NCBI RefSeq assembly: GCF_001194135.2
Contig: NC_069000.1
Coordinates: 42,368,337-42,403,854, forward strand
Direction: 5' to 3'
DNA length: 35,518 nt
Source: Octopus bimaculoides
Taxonomy: Eukaryota
The position numbers and the translations under genes are program-made. Under the pieces are notes generated by a model. It was not told the DNA's origin. It saw only the letters and a program-made list of their open reading frames with translations, and ran no database searches. Of this stretch, positions 1 to 11,947 are shown piece after piece (the first letter of the stretch is position 1; each line of letters opens with the position of its first letter).

Positions 1-744
1 AGATCGCAGAAGACAGTCACAGAGAACAACGGAAGGCCACATCCCTCAGCACACACCATTTATTGGTCTAGGAGTATTTTTATGGCCTAAACACACACTC
101 ACAGATTGATAGAAAAGAACACAAGATTCAAAGTGGTTCCAAGTTTCCAAGAAAGTGATCCAAAGTTTCTCGCTGGCCTCAAACCAGTTTCATGCCTCAT
201 AAAAAGTGTCTCAATTTATCTCCAAGAACCTGTATAAATTATAAATATATATGTGTGTGTGTGTGTGTGTGTACGTGTGAGAGTGTAATGCATAACATGA
301 TTTGGACATCTAGGTATACATGTATGAATGTATTTTTTTTATGAATACTTGAATTCGAGTCAACGTAACCTGTAGGTAACTATATGTGTATGTATGCGGG
401 AGTATATATATATATATATATATATCAATGTCTATATATACATATATTAATCAATCGATATAAAACATACATGAACTAGACACATAGACGTTCATTCAAG
501 CATGACTATATGCTTACATAGAAATATAAATACTGACATACATACATGTCACGAGTACGGACACAGATCGTTAGACCGATGAACATTTGAGACTAAACAT
601 AGGCAGAGAGAGAGGGGGGGAGAGAAAGAGAGAGAGAGAGAGACAGACAGATAGACAGACATACTGTCAGACGGACAGATAGATACACACGTACATAAAT
701 GCGTGAGTGTGTGTATACATATTTCTTGTAAGGGGCTTGTCTCC

Positions 745-1019
745 CAACTACATGGTTCCTAAGATGCAATGGCCGGGAACTGTACCCGGAACCATGTGGT
801 TAGGAAGCAAGCTTCTTTCCACACAGCCACGCCTCATACACATATATATATATATACGACGGGCTTCTTTCAGTTTCCGTCTACCAAATGCACTCACAAG
901 GCTTTGGTCGGCCCGAGGCTATAGTAGAAGACACTTGCCCAAGGTGCCACGCAGTGGGACTGAACCCAGAACCATGTGGTTGGTAAGCGAGCTATTTACC
1001 ACACAGCCACTCTTGCGCC
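745..1019 (-). mobile_element. tRNA-derived CORE-like SINE (family A): head fragment plus left arm, separated by (TA)n
   Basis: Reverse complement of the GGCGCAGGAGTGGCTGTGTGG...GGGTTCAGTCCC...CCTTGGGCAAGTGTCTT element also seen at 9131, 12155 and 30680. It has A/B-box-like and CORE-like (CCTTGGGCAAGT) motifs. Confidence 0.85.
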
Positions 1020-1610
1020 TATAAATAAATAGATAAATATATAAATATACATATACATATATATATATATTAATTTTTTTTTTTTTAAAGTTTCAGCTNN
1101 NNNNNNNNNNNNNNNNNNNNNNNNNNNNNNNNNNNNNNNNNNNNNNNNNNNNNNNNNNNNNNNNNNNNNNNNNNNNNNNNNNNNNNNNNNNNNNNNNNNN
1201 NNNNNNNNNNNNNNNNNNNNNNNNNNNNNNNNNNNNNNNNNNNNNNNNNNNNNNNNNNNNNNNNNNNNNNNNNNNNNNNNNNNNNNNNNNNNNNNNNNNN
1301 NNNNNNNNNNNNNNNNNNNNNNNNNNNNNNNNNNNNNNNNNNNNNNNNNNNNNNNNNNNNNNNNNNNNNNNNNNNNNNNNNNNNNNNNNNNNNNNNNNNN
1401 NNNNNNNNNNNNNNNNNNNNNNNNNNNNNNNNNNNNNNNNNNNNNNNNNNNNNNNNNNNNNNNNNNNNNNNNNNNNNNNNNNNNNNNNNNNNNNNNNNNN
1501 NNNNNNNNNNNNNNNNNNNNNNNNNNNNNNNNNNNNNNNNNNNNNNNNNNNNNNNNNNNNNNNNNNNNNNNNNNNNNNNNNNNNNNNNNNNNNNNNNNNN
1601 NNNNNNNNNN

Positions 1611-1620
1611 TATGTATATA

Positions 1621-1676
<56 letters not shown>

Positions 1677-1879
1677 GCACGTATGCGTATACGGGTGTGT
1701 GTGTGTTGGTGTAAGTGTGTATTTCTGTGTGAAGGGTTATTGTTGGTGTTTTATCTGTCAACAGATGTTATTTTGTTGATTTTATTTGATTTCCGATCTT
1801 TTCACATTCGTAATTCACCCCTCGTTATTATTCTCAGTCACTCCATACATACATACATACATACATACATACGTATTCG

Positions 1880-1961
<82 letters not shown>

Positions 1962-2073
1962 CATATGTGTGCATATATATACATACACATACACTAATAT
2001 ATACATACATACTTATACATATATACACACACAAACAACCCACACATACACACACACACACACACGTGTGTGT

Positions 2074-2125
<52 letters not shown>

Positions 2126-2213
2126 NNNNNNNNNNNNNNNNNNNNNNNNNNNNNNNNNNNNNNNNNNNNNNNNNNNNNNNNNNNNNNNNNNNNNNNNNNN
2201 NNNNNNNNNNNNN

Positions 2214-2270
<57 letters not shown>

Positions 2271-2393
2271 ATATGTAACCATACATACAAAGGAATAATA
2301 TATGAATTAGGTATGTATAGACATTCACAGATACATATAAATAGATCTATATATAGTATATATCATATATACATATATGCATACATACATACA

Positions 2394-2443
<50 letters not shown>

Positions 2444-3080
2444 NNNNNNNNNNNNNNNNNNNNNNNNNNNNNNNNNNNNNNNNNNNNNNNNNNNNNNNNN
2501 NNNNNNNNNNNNNNNNNNNNNNNNNNNNNNNNNNNNNNNNNNNNNNNNNNNNNNNNNNNNNNNNNNNNNNNNNNNNNNNNNNNNNNNNNNNNNNNNNNNN
2601 NNNNNNNNNNNNNNNNNNNNNNNNNNNNNNNNNNNNNNNNNNNNNNNNNNNNNNNNNNNNNNNNNNNNNNNNNNNNNNNNNNNNNNNNNNNNNNNNNNNN
2701 NNNNNNNNNNNNNNNNNNNNNNNNNNNNNNNNNNNNNNNNNNNNNNNNNNNNNNNNNNNNNNNNNNNNNNNNNNNNNNNNNNNNNNNNNNNNNNNNNNNN
2801 NNNNNNNNNNNNNNNNNNNNNNNNNNNNNNNNNNNGTGTGTGTGTGTGTGTGTGTATGTGTGTGTGTGTGTGCGCAAGTGTATACATACATACATACATG
2901 CATACATATACATAGCTATGTGTGTGTATGTATATATGTGCATATATACGTATATATGTATATGGCTATATGAATGTGTGTATGTATGTGCTTGGGCTTG
3001 CATATGTGTATATGTGCATATATGCGTAATATTAATCATCCTTTATACGTATGTAACTATGCATGTACATGTATAAACAT
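1611..3080. repeat. Compound (TA)n/(CA)n/(TG)n/(TACA)n microsatellite field with N gaps
   Basis: Directly visible. It is the source of the YIYI/CVCV/HTHT ORFs. Confidence 0.97.
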
Positions 3081-3578
3081 ATGTGTGTATGTACAAATAT
3101 ATATGTGTATAGATTTTTTTTTTTTTTTAACTCTGAGTTTTTTGTTTGGTTTCTTTGTTTTTTATATCGTTTATTGAGAATTTGAATGATTGATTGCGAA
3201 TGTGCTTATGTGTGAAATTCTATAATTCTGTTAACGATTTCTTTACAAGACACACTTGAAATAATACATGAAAGTCTACACTTAATCTCCCACCCTAATT
3301 CCAAAAAACCTCCTGACCCAAGCACCGCCTCTGATCTCTACAAAGTCGCTTTGAAATTCTGCCAATATTCTATAAAACTCAAAAATTACCTACTAATATG
3401 AAACCACTGGTTACCGTGAGGTGTTACATCGGGGAATGGCATCGGTAAAGTGCTCATACACAAGCACATGTGCACACACATACATACATACATACATACA
3501 TACATACACACATACACACATACATACATACATACACACACATACATACATACATACATCATACATACATACATACAT

Positions 3579-3826
3579 GATGGCCGTCCACTCGTAACCG
3601 AGGAAGACCATTGCTGAACTTGAGGAACATTGTGCGCTCTAGGACTAACTTATATTTTGCATTTGCGGCTCCGTTGGTGGCTAATGAGCCCTGCTCTTGA
3701 TAAGCATACACAACTGCAAACATTGCAGACCAAGCTTTCCCCATTCACTATACGAGCCGTGCGCTTTCGCGCAGCTCGCTTAAGTGCTTCATGCTGGATA
3801 CGTGCTCTCTCAAAAGTGTCGATCCC
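3579..3826 (-). mobile_element. 3' end of RTE-clade LINE with C-terminal C2H2-like zinc finger and (TGTA)n tail
   Basis: The minus frame 3826-3650 reads GIDTFERARIQHEALKRAARK...CNVCSCVCLSRAGLISHQRSRKCKI*. A short 3' UTR ends GGACGGCCATCA and runs into (TGTA)n. Confidence 0.7.
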
Positions 3827-3875
3827 CTACATACATACATACATACATACATACATACATACATACATACATACA

Positions 3876-4120
3876 TTCAAAAACCCAAGGTGCAACCGCA
3901 TGTGTAGGCTATGGCACTACTTCCCTATGCGGCACGATGCTGTTGCTAAAACAATTTACAATGCCATCCGCAAAAAAAGACTGTCTTGAAATAAACTTAG
4001 AAAATCCCTCTGTTATGCAATGCATTCATAAACACCAACTCAAGGAACACTGGTGGAATATTCCCATCAAAACTTCTGTCAAATATAAACATAACAGGCC
4101 GGATATTGTTATTTGGGACA
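3876..4120 (+). mobile_element. Fragment of RLE-type (R4/Dong-like) non-LTR retrotransposon
   Basis: Frameshifted peptides MRHDAVAKTIYNAIRK and KEHWWNIPIKTSVKYKHNRPDIVIWD contain the RHD and PD motifs of restriction-like endonucleases. A homologous piece lies at 30225-30603. Confidence 0.8.
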
Positions 4121-4410
4121 ACTGGTTCTTAATTAATCGACCCCGAAAGGATGAAAGGCAAAGTCGACTTCGGCGGAATTTGAACTCACAACGATTGGCA
4201 AGAAATCTTGAAATAAAACTGAATTATGTCATACATACATACATACATACATACATACGGCAAGCTGGTTATCCACATAATTAGCGTCTGCCAAATTCCA
4301 CTCGAAAGATATTAATCAACCTGGATACACTTACTCAATGTACCGTTTAACGGGATCGAACCCGCTATCAAAGCATTGCAAAGCGAACTTCTTCACTGCA
4401 CAAGCATATC
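4121..4410 (-). mobile_element. SINE fragments (family D, then degenerate family A)
   Basis: ATCGACCCCGAAAGGATGAAAGGCAAAGTCGAC...GAATTTGAACTC is shared with copies at 19050-19375 and 21487-22635. 4258-4410 resembles the family A left arm. Confidence 0.7.
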
Positions 4411-4832
4411 CGATTTCGGTCACATAATTGCTCAGATGTTTGCTCCTATACCGTTATTTCTGCTATATACCCGTCTTAGATGTCTGCTGTGAAGATGTGC
4501 AGTCATGTGAGAGATAATTTAAAGTGTTGATACGCCGCTCGGCCAAATAGCCGAGTCAATGTCGGCTAAATAGACCTAAATACTTTTAATGCCGTTTCGA
4601 TAGATCAAAAGTTTAATGCTAACTAAACAGATTGCAAGATTTGTGTTTCATGTTTAGTATAGTGTATCTCCGTGTCCGTGGGGAGGTGGATATATATATC
4701 CAAGGCTCAAGGGTCACCCATTTGGGCGAGTCTGTGTGCGCATGCGCATATCTGCATAACGTGATAAATTTAATATTCCAGATTATTGAGTAAGTCTACA
4801 CACAATACATATGCGTGCGTATGACTGAATGA

Positions 4833-4906
<74 letters not shown>

Positions 4907-5580
4907 TGAGACAATATATTACATATCCACAGACATACGCATAAAGTCATATATAAATATATATGAATGTGTGTGTGTATATATGCGTACACGTATATAT
5001 ATGAGTGTATGTGTTTATATATATTCATGTATGTATGTTTATAGGTGTACCATAGTTGTAAAAATATATGATACATGATAAATTATAAAGCGATAAAGAT
5101 TGTACATAAATCATAGCATAATCTATAGGAATTTACAATGAATTTAACTCACGTATGCAAACACACATGTTTTGGTTCATAGGATAAGAGAAATTATAGA
5201 AGGAACACATCCAGGCAATCAATACAAATTCCAAAGCATAATTCCAAAGCATAATTCAACGAAATAAATATACATATAAGTTTATATAAATCAATGAAGA
5301 AAATTACATGTGAAAGTTATATGAAAAAACTATGCATCATGTGCGTAGGGTTAAGGTACCGAATGGTGAAGTGATAAATATTGAGGTAAAAATCCAAGGA
5401 AAGAGCTTCCGAAAGGAACTGTTCCGATCGATTAAGAATTTACTGAGATTCTATATCTTTGTGCAGCTGAGAATTGCTATGCATTTTACATTTGATGTAA
5501 TGTTCACATTGCTTAAATAAATGGAGTCGCATGAAACGATCGTACTGCATTAACTTTGGCTATCCTTGTTGCTTATTTTG

Positions 5581-5615
<35 letters not shown>

Positions 5616-5858
5616 TATATGTACACACACATTATTAATAATGGTATATATTCCAGACAATTTTTACCATCCAGCAGGGCGTACAAGGAAGAATTCACGA
5701 AATGACTAACAACAAACTGTAGTCACAGATGTTAAAAACGNNNNNNNNNNNNNNNNNNNNNNNNNNNNNNNNNNNNNNNNNNNNNNNNNNNNNNNNNNNN
5801 NNNNNNNNNNNNNNNNNNNNNNNNNNNNNNNNNNNNNNNNNNNNNNNNNNNNNNNNNN

Positions 5859-5894
<36 letters not shown>

Positions 5895-6285
5895 GCAATA
5901 ATAGAATGTATTTGCTAACACGATATCCAATGAAGATGCATTTTCTGACTCACGTTAACTGGAACCTTACAACACAGTCTCAGACAACGAACTGCCTCCA
6001 GCATAGAAACTGTCAGAGGTCTTTGGTCACACAATGTCCAAGTAATCATTCTTTCGTAAACACTTGTTAACTATCTGGTTCTAACATGGGTTGGGCTAAT
6101 GAATTGGGAGTCGCGAAACTTCAGTTCTAATCTGCATAGGGTACTTGTCCCCAACTCTGGTCTTTTCAACAATTCGGGACAAAAGTCTACTTGCTAGAGA
6201 GATAGAACTGGCTAATGTGACAAATTCATAATCGGTTGCAATCGCAGAGTAGCAGCAGAAGCAGCAGCGGAAACAGTAACCTCAC

Positions 6286-6349
<64 letters not shown>

Positions 6350-6388
6350 NNNNNNNNNNGTGGTGGTGGTGGTGGTGGTGGTGGTGGT
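6286..6388. repeat. (TAG)n and (GGT)n trinucleotide microsatellites
   Basis: Directly visible, with a 10-N gap between them. Confidence 0.95.
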
Positions 6389-7809
6389 AGCAATGGGGTG
6401 AGTCTATTTTGGTTACTGTTACTACACGCACTACTACTCCACCTAGTCTCCTCCTCCTCCTCCTCTTACGAAATTTCTGTTCAACCCACTCTTACATAAT
6501 TCTAGCTGTTCCTACTTCTGTCCAATACTTCTCTCTCCCCTCCTCCTCTCCTCTCACTTCCTCTCTTCGTTTTTCTCCTCAAGCTCCACTCTCTCTTTCT
6601 CTCTCTCTCTTTCTTTTCCTTCTCTCTTTCACCCACCCCCAACCCACTCTGTTTTTCCTTCTCTCTTTTTCTCTCTCTCTCTGACAGTCCCTCACTCACG
6701 TCTTTCTTTCCTTCTCCTTCTCTTAATCTCTCTTCTGCAAAGCACAAAATGTGACCCACATTAAAACACTACAAACGCAAACCTGCTCCGTACAGAAACA
6801 GCTGTTACACCAACAAAAACATTGTAGACTTCATTTATTTTTTAAAACAAAAAAAACCCACAACCCACCCATTGATTCACAAACCTTCATTATTATCCAA
6901 CTCGCTTCCACCACAACCACCCTCCAGTGTCCTATGTCCACCCTGTATGTCTTCTACACAACAATAACAATCCCTTCTTCCATTAACCAGTAGCCATCTC
7001 ATCCACTTGATTGTCCTGTTATGTTTCAGCCACTCGTAAGAAACCTCTACTTTTCTCCTTTGAATTACAACCCTCAAGAAATTTCTCCTTTCTTATGTTT
7101 CCCCCACGCACATCAGTGTATATAAGTTGGGCTTGAACTCCAACCTCGTCAGTCTGTAGTATCCTCACCCAACTCAGGAGACCTAAAAATGTTAATGGNN
7201 NNNNNNNNNNNNNNNNNNNNNNNNNNNNNNNNNNNNNNNNNNNNNNNNNNNNNNNNNNNNNNNNNNNNNNNNNNNNNNNNNNNNNNNNNNNNNNNNNNCA
7301 CATACATGCACACACATACATACCAGCTACGTAATACATGCTTTAGTCCCAGAATAGCACAGATGTTACATTAAAATCACCCAAAACTCTGAACAATGGA
7401 CTTAGGTGTGAAAACATAGCTTCACGTGTTTATCTACAAATAATCTACCACAGCGGCTGTGTAGTCGTCCATTCAGGTTCTTCTTAAACTAGGCGAGAGG
7501 TGCAATGAAAAACACAATAAGTCTTCAGTGAATTTTTTTGTTTTGTTTTTGTTTTTTAAATAACAGTAGTTGGTTAATATTTTGAGCAGGCCGCTCGATG
7601 TCTAGAACGTCATTGCTGTTCTGTAGAAATGTATACATAAATACATTCATAAATAAATAATCACTATATGTGCAGAAATTGATGTAATAGCATTTGAAGG
7701 AAATTATACCATACATACACACATACATACTTACGTACATATATACATACATACAAGTATATATAAACATATATGTATTTGTATGTTTGTATGTATGTAT
7801 GTATGTATG

Positions 7810-7887
<78 letters not shown>

Positions 7888-7930
7888 CACAAACATACGC
7901 ACATATACGCACATACAACACATAATACAT

Positions 7931-7961
<31 letters not shown>

Positions 7962-8148
7962 GTTGTGAAGTACAAAGCAAATGCTGGAGAAATAAGGATA
8001 AACACAAGTTTATGTTATAGTCCCTACAGCCGTTTCACCATCATGGCTGTTTGGAGCCCAACAGTAGGTTTTCCAAGTGCATTTAAATGTTCAAACCACA
8101 ACCGATCATCGTGGAATACGTTATTGTATTAAAAGTTATTGATAACTA

Positions 8149-8365
8149 CGAGGTGTGACGAAATGTTACTGGCTTTAAGGGTATTGTCGAAAGGCCTGGT
8201 TGAAAGCCCAATCTTTCGAGTTCTTTTATAGGGCTTAGAAAAACTGAAGAACCGCTGCAATCATTGCGTGTATCTGAGAGGGGAATATGTTGAATAAAAT
8301 CATAATTAACTGATCCTCCCGTATTTTCTTTTACCTAAAGTCAGGAAATTTCCAGCACCCCCTGG
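8149..8365 (+). mobile_element. Mariner-derived MITE
   Basis: Imperfect TIRs (TA|CGAGGTGTG..GTTACTGGCTTT and AAAGTCAGGAAATTTCCAGCACCCCCTGG). It retains the mariner transposase C-terminus GLEKLKNRCNHCVYLRGEYVE*. Confidence 0.75.
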
Positions 8366-8946
8366 TGTGTCACAGCAATGGGGGTTCCAAATACTATGAT
8401 ATAAAACCAGATATGGAGGGAGTGGGATTGAATATTTTGGGGGTCTTTTGCTTACGATTGAGATCATAGTGACCCCACCCCTACATTCGGTAGTGTGGAG
8501 AGGGTCTATGTGGTTTGTGCAGGCCTTAATGGTCCTNNNNNNNNNNNNNNNNNNNNNNNNNNNNNNNNNNNNNNNNNNNNNNNNNNNNNNNNNNNNNNNN
8601 NNNTGTGTGTTTGTGTGTGTGAGTGTGTGTGTGAGTGTGTGTGCTTGCGTGTGTGTATAAGTGTAGGTGCTTGTGTGTGTGTGAGTGTGTGTGTGAGAGT
8701 GTGTGTATATGTGTTTGTGCGTGTATGTGTGTGTGAGTGCATGTGAGTGTGTGTATGTGTGTCTGTGTGTGTGTTTGCCTTCATGTACTGCTTGCTTCCC
8801 CTCTTTTCTTACCTGTACTGTCCATTCAATTTTCTGATATTACCTCATTGTTGAGCTCTCCTCTAATTTTCCTGTTCAACTGCCCCAGTTCTTTCCGTGT
8901 CTTTTCCAGCTTCATTCGTATTCTCTTCCTCCAGTTTGGTTCTTCC

Positions 8947-9062
8947 TTTTTATTACCTCCACCTTAGCAAAGGCAGAGGTATTGTTTTCAGTCGTGTTTG
9001 TTTGCTTGCTTGTCCGTGGACAAGATATCTCAAGAACTGCTGGATGGACTCGGATGAAACTT
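8947..9062 (+). mobile_element. 5' part of Helentron-associated (HINE/DINE-1-like) element
   Basis: TTTTATTACCTCCACCTTAGCAAAGGCAGAGG hairpin, then a (GTTT/GCTT)n microsatellite and GGATGGACTCGGATGAAACTT. This is the typical HINE 5' layout. Confidence 0.55.
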
Positions 9063-9130
9063 ATATAAATTATATATGTATATACATATATATATAATAT
9101 AAATTATATATGTATATACATATATACATA

Positions 9131-9484
9131 GGCGTAGGAGTGGCTGTGTGGTAAGTAGTTTGCTTACTAACCACATGGTCCCGGGTTCAGTCTCACTGCG
9201 TGGCATCTTGGACAAGTGTCTTCTACTATAGCCTCGGGCCGACCAAAGCCTTGTGAGTGGATTTGGTAGACGGAAACTGAAAGAAGCCCGTCGTATATAT
9301 GTATATATATATATATATATACGTCGGGCTTCTTTCAGTTTTCATCTACTAAGTCCACTAACAAGGATTTGGTCGGCCGATGCTATTGTAGAAGACACTT
9401 GCCTAAGGTGCCACACAGTGGGACTGAACCTAGAACCATTTGGTTGTGAAGCAAGTTTCTTAACAAACAGCTACGCCTGCGTCT
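9131..9484. mobile_element. Two family A SINE left arms, tail-to-tail around (TA)n
   Basis: 9131-9293 is on +, 9322-9484 is on -. The two are reverse-complement homologues. Confidence 0.9.
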
Positions 9485-10303
9485 GTCAAGAAAATTTAGA
9501 GTAATGTTCACAATACAGAGCTGAAAGAGAAAAAATATATATTAATGGACAGTCCTTCTACTACACAAGAAGGGAGTCCGTCGATTTTATCAGAATGAAA
9601 TGAAATTAAGCATACCTGTAGAGAACCATGAAAAATGGAGTAGCTTACCACTGGCCATTCATTAAAGATTTACGTTAAACCAAAAACACGATTTTCCCTA
9701 GCTAACCCAAATCTTGGGTACAAATGAGCATTTGGCCCTTCTCCTAAACGTAATTTAATATCTCAGCAACGGTCGATGACAAAATAAGATCATTTTCGGA
9801 ATCAGCACGAAAACTTGCATAACAGACACTTAAAAAATTAGGATAAACTAAACTTTTGCAAAATTTTGTAACATAGTGATTATAATCAGCTGGTTCTGTC
9901 AGAATCCGGTTAATCGTGTCAACATTATCAAGCTCGTCATACCGCCATTATCGAGTTATTTCCCTTAGATAAATAAATATATTTTCACGTAGAGTTATTT
10001 CCCTTGGACATTAAACCTAAGATTTTTTTCTATCGGGCTGTCAGATAAATTCGTTCGTTTTTTTGTGTATTTTATTTTAATCTTTTCTAATATCTGAATT
10101 AACACGAAAAATATTTCTATTGTAGTGTTTTATAGCGGATTAGGGTGGTTTTTCCTCTATTCTCTATTTTAATAAATATGTGTTACGTAGGTTATCCAGA
10201 TTTAATTACTGCATGTTACCTTGGGCAAGTGTCTTCTACTACAGCCTACCACCGACCAAGTTTCTTATCACTTAGCCACACCTACTCTGTGTGTGTGTGT
10301 GTG

Positions 10304-10650
10304 TGTGGCCTAGTGGTCAGGGTGTTGCGCTCACGAATCGCCAGATTGTGGTTTCAATTCCTGGTGTGTTCAATGTTCAACGTATACATCTTTGTGTGCG
10401 TTTATCAGTATTCTATAAACACCAGGTGGTGTGTTGTTTTCTTGAGCCAGGTACTTCATCTCACTTTGCTCTGCGATCACTTCGACACCTGGCATCTGAT
10501 ACACCGTGCACCTGTCCAGGTAACGTCGATTTGATGAAGAGAGTGAGCTTTATGTATATCACATACATTTGATCACCAGAAACAAATCATTCGTGCACGT
10601 CATTTGACAAAAGCTGAAAACTCACACTTCACCTTCGATGGAAGAGTCCA
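10304..10650 (+). mobile_element. tRNA-derived SINE (another family) ending in (CA)n
   Basis: A-box-like TGGCCTAGTGGTCAGG, B-box-like GTTTCAATTCC, and CORE-like GTTTTCTTGAGCCAGGTACTT. Confidence 0.6.
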
Positions 10651-10685
<35 letters not shown>

Positions 10686-10700
10686 TACACACACACACAC

Positions 10701-10757
<57 letters not shown>

Positions 10758-10824
10758 CATTTACTTTTAGTAATGAGATAAAAAAAAACCAAGGCCGTGT
10801 AGATTTTAGAACATTTATAAATAG

Positions 10825-10872
10825 GTCTTACAGCTGTTTCCAGGATATTTATTATATCCCTTCATCGGAGAC
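10825..10872 (-). ncRNA. Minimal type I hammerhead ribozyme motif (Penelope-like element end)
   Basis: The minus strand reads GTCT CCGATGA A GGGATAT-AATAA-ATATCCT G GAA ACAGCTGT A AGAC. This gives stem I, a core with U4>C, a 7-bp stem II and a palindromic stem III. Confidence 0.65.
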
Positions 10873-11499
10873 GGTGTGAGAAAATGGTTAAGCAATAGTC
10901 AATTTAGATAAGATACGAAATAGAGAGTGAATTGGAGGAACGAACATAGATGTGTGATATGCAAGGATAGGTACGATGATGCAATCAGAAAAAACAGCAC
11001 TTCCATTTTTCCTGTTTGCATCACCATACCTGTTCTTCGTTCCTACGTCTTGGTGAGCGGTATCAATAAACTCGGGAGTAAGTTGAAAGTACTTCACACA
11101 GATACGAAGCAGTAAATGCCTGGCCAAAGCAATCACTTTATATGATAAGGACCAAAACTTAATACAAATAATTATATGATACAAGACATGTATTGAAAAA
11201 AAAAAACGTGAGGCCCCACCAAAACAATCGTTTTGAAAATACGGGTCCATCCATTTCATTGTGGCTTGGTGGTGACAAACAATTTCTATTTTCTATACGC
11301 ATCGATTTTGTTTTGTTTTGTTTGTTTGTTTTTTTTTCTTTTAGTTACCAAAAGTAAATGTAACAATGCAATAGATATGTTAGAAGGTTAAAAGGTGGCT
11401 TGACATTTGTGAATATCAGAGGTTAAAGTTTAACATTTTGTTGCTATATTTCTATTGAAACAAAGCCTTTGTTTCAGTTGAATTTCTGATCTGGATTGA

Positions 11500-11760
11500 A
11501 ATGCGCAGGTGTTGTGATGAAGGTAATACAATTCATCTGTTTAGGATCGGTCGACTGATATTTGCAGACGACATGTTGTTACATGGTGCTCACCAGAAGG
11601 TGATCTCACGCATGTACTGAATGGATTCTCTCCTGAGTGCTGCAAGGCAGGGATGAGAATCAGTGCTGCGAAGACTAAGAAATTGCTCCTCTCAAGAAGG
11701 AACTCTCGGTGCACTCTGCATTTTAGTGGAACATCACGAAGTACTTCGAGGCCGTATTAA
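11500..11760 (+). mobile_element. Degenerate RTE-clade (Rex3/Expander-like) reverse transcriptase fragment
   Basis: RIGRLIFADDMLL (FADD at 11561-11572), then after a frameshift DLTHVLNGFSPECCKAGMRISAAKT. Confidence 0.75.
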
Positions 11761-11836
11761 AGAGTGTATGTTTGTAGATATGAATGTATATTAGCGTTTG
11801 TATGTTTAGTGTACGTAAGTACGTTTATATTTTTTA

Positions 11837-11947
<111 letters not shown>

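Noticed and set aside
2041-2125. (CA)n/(TG)n inverted hairpin, also at 7845-7950
   Set aside because: Trivial self-complementarity of simple repeats next to gaps, possibly an assembly artefact.
707-8784. Numerous ORFs rich in YI/CV/HT or X
   Set aside because: These are translations of dinucleotide and tetranucleotide microsatellites, N gaps and SINEs, with no coding signal.
9700-10010. Possible DNA-transposon sub-terminal motifs (TTTTCGGAATCAGCAC; GAGTTATTTCCCTT twice)
   Set aside because: No termini or TSD could be defined, so it cannot be classified.
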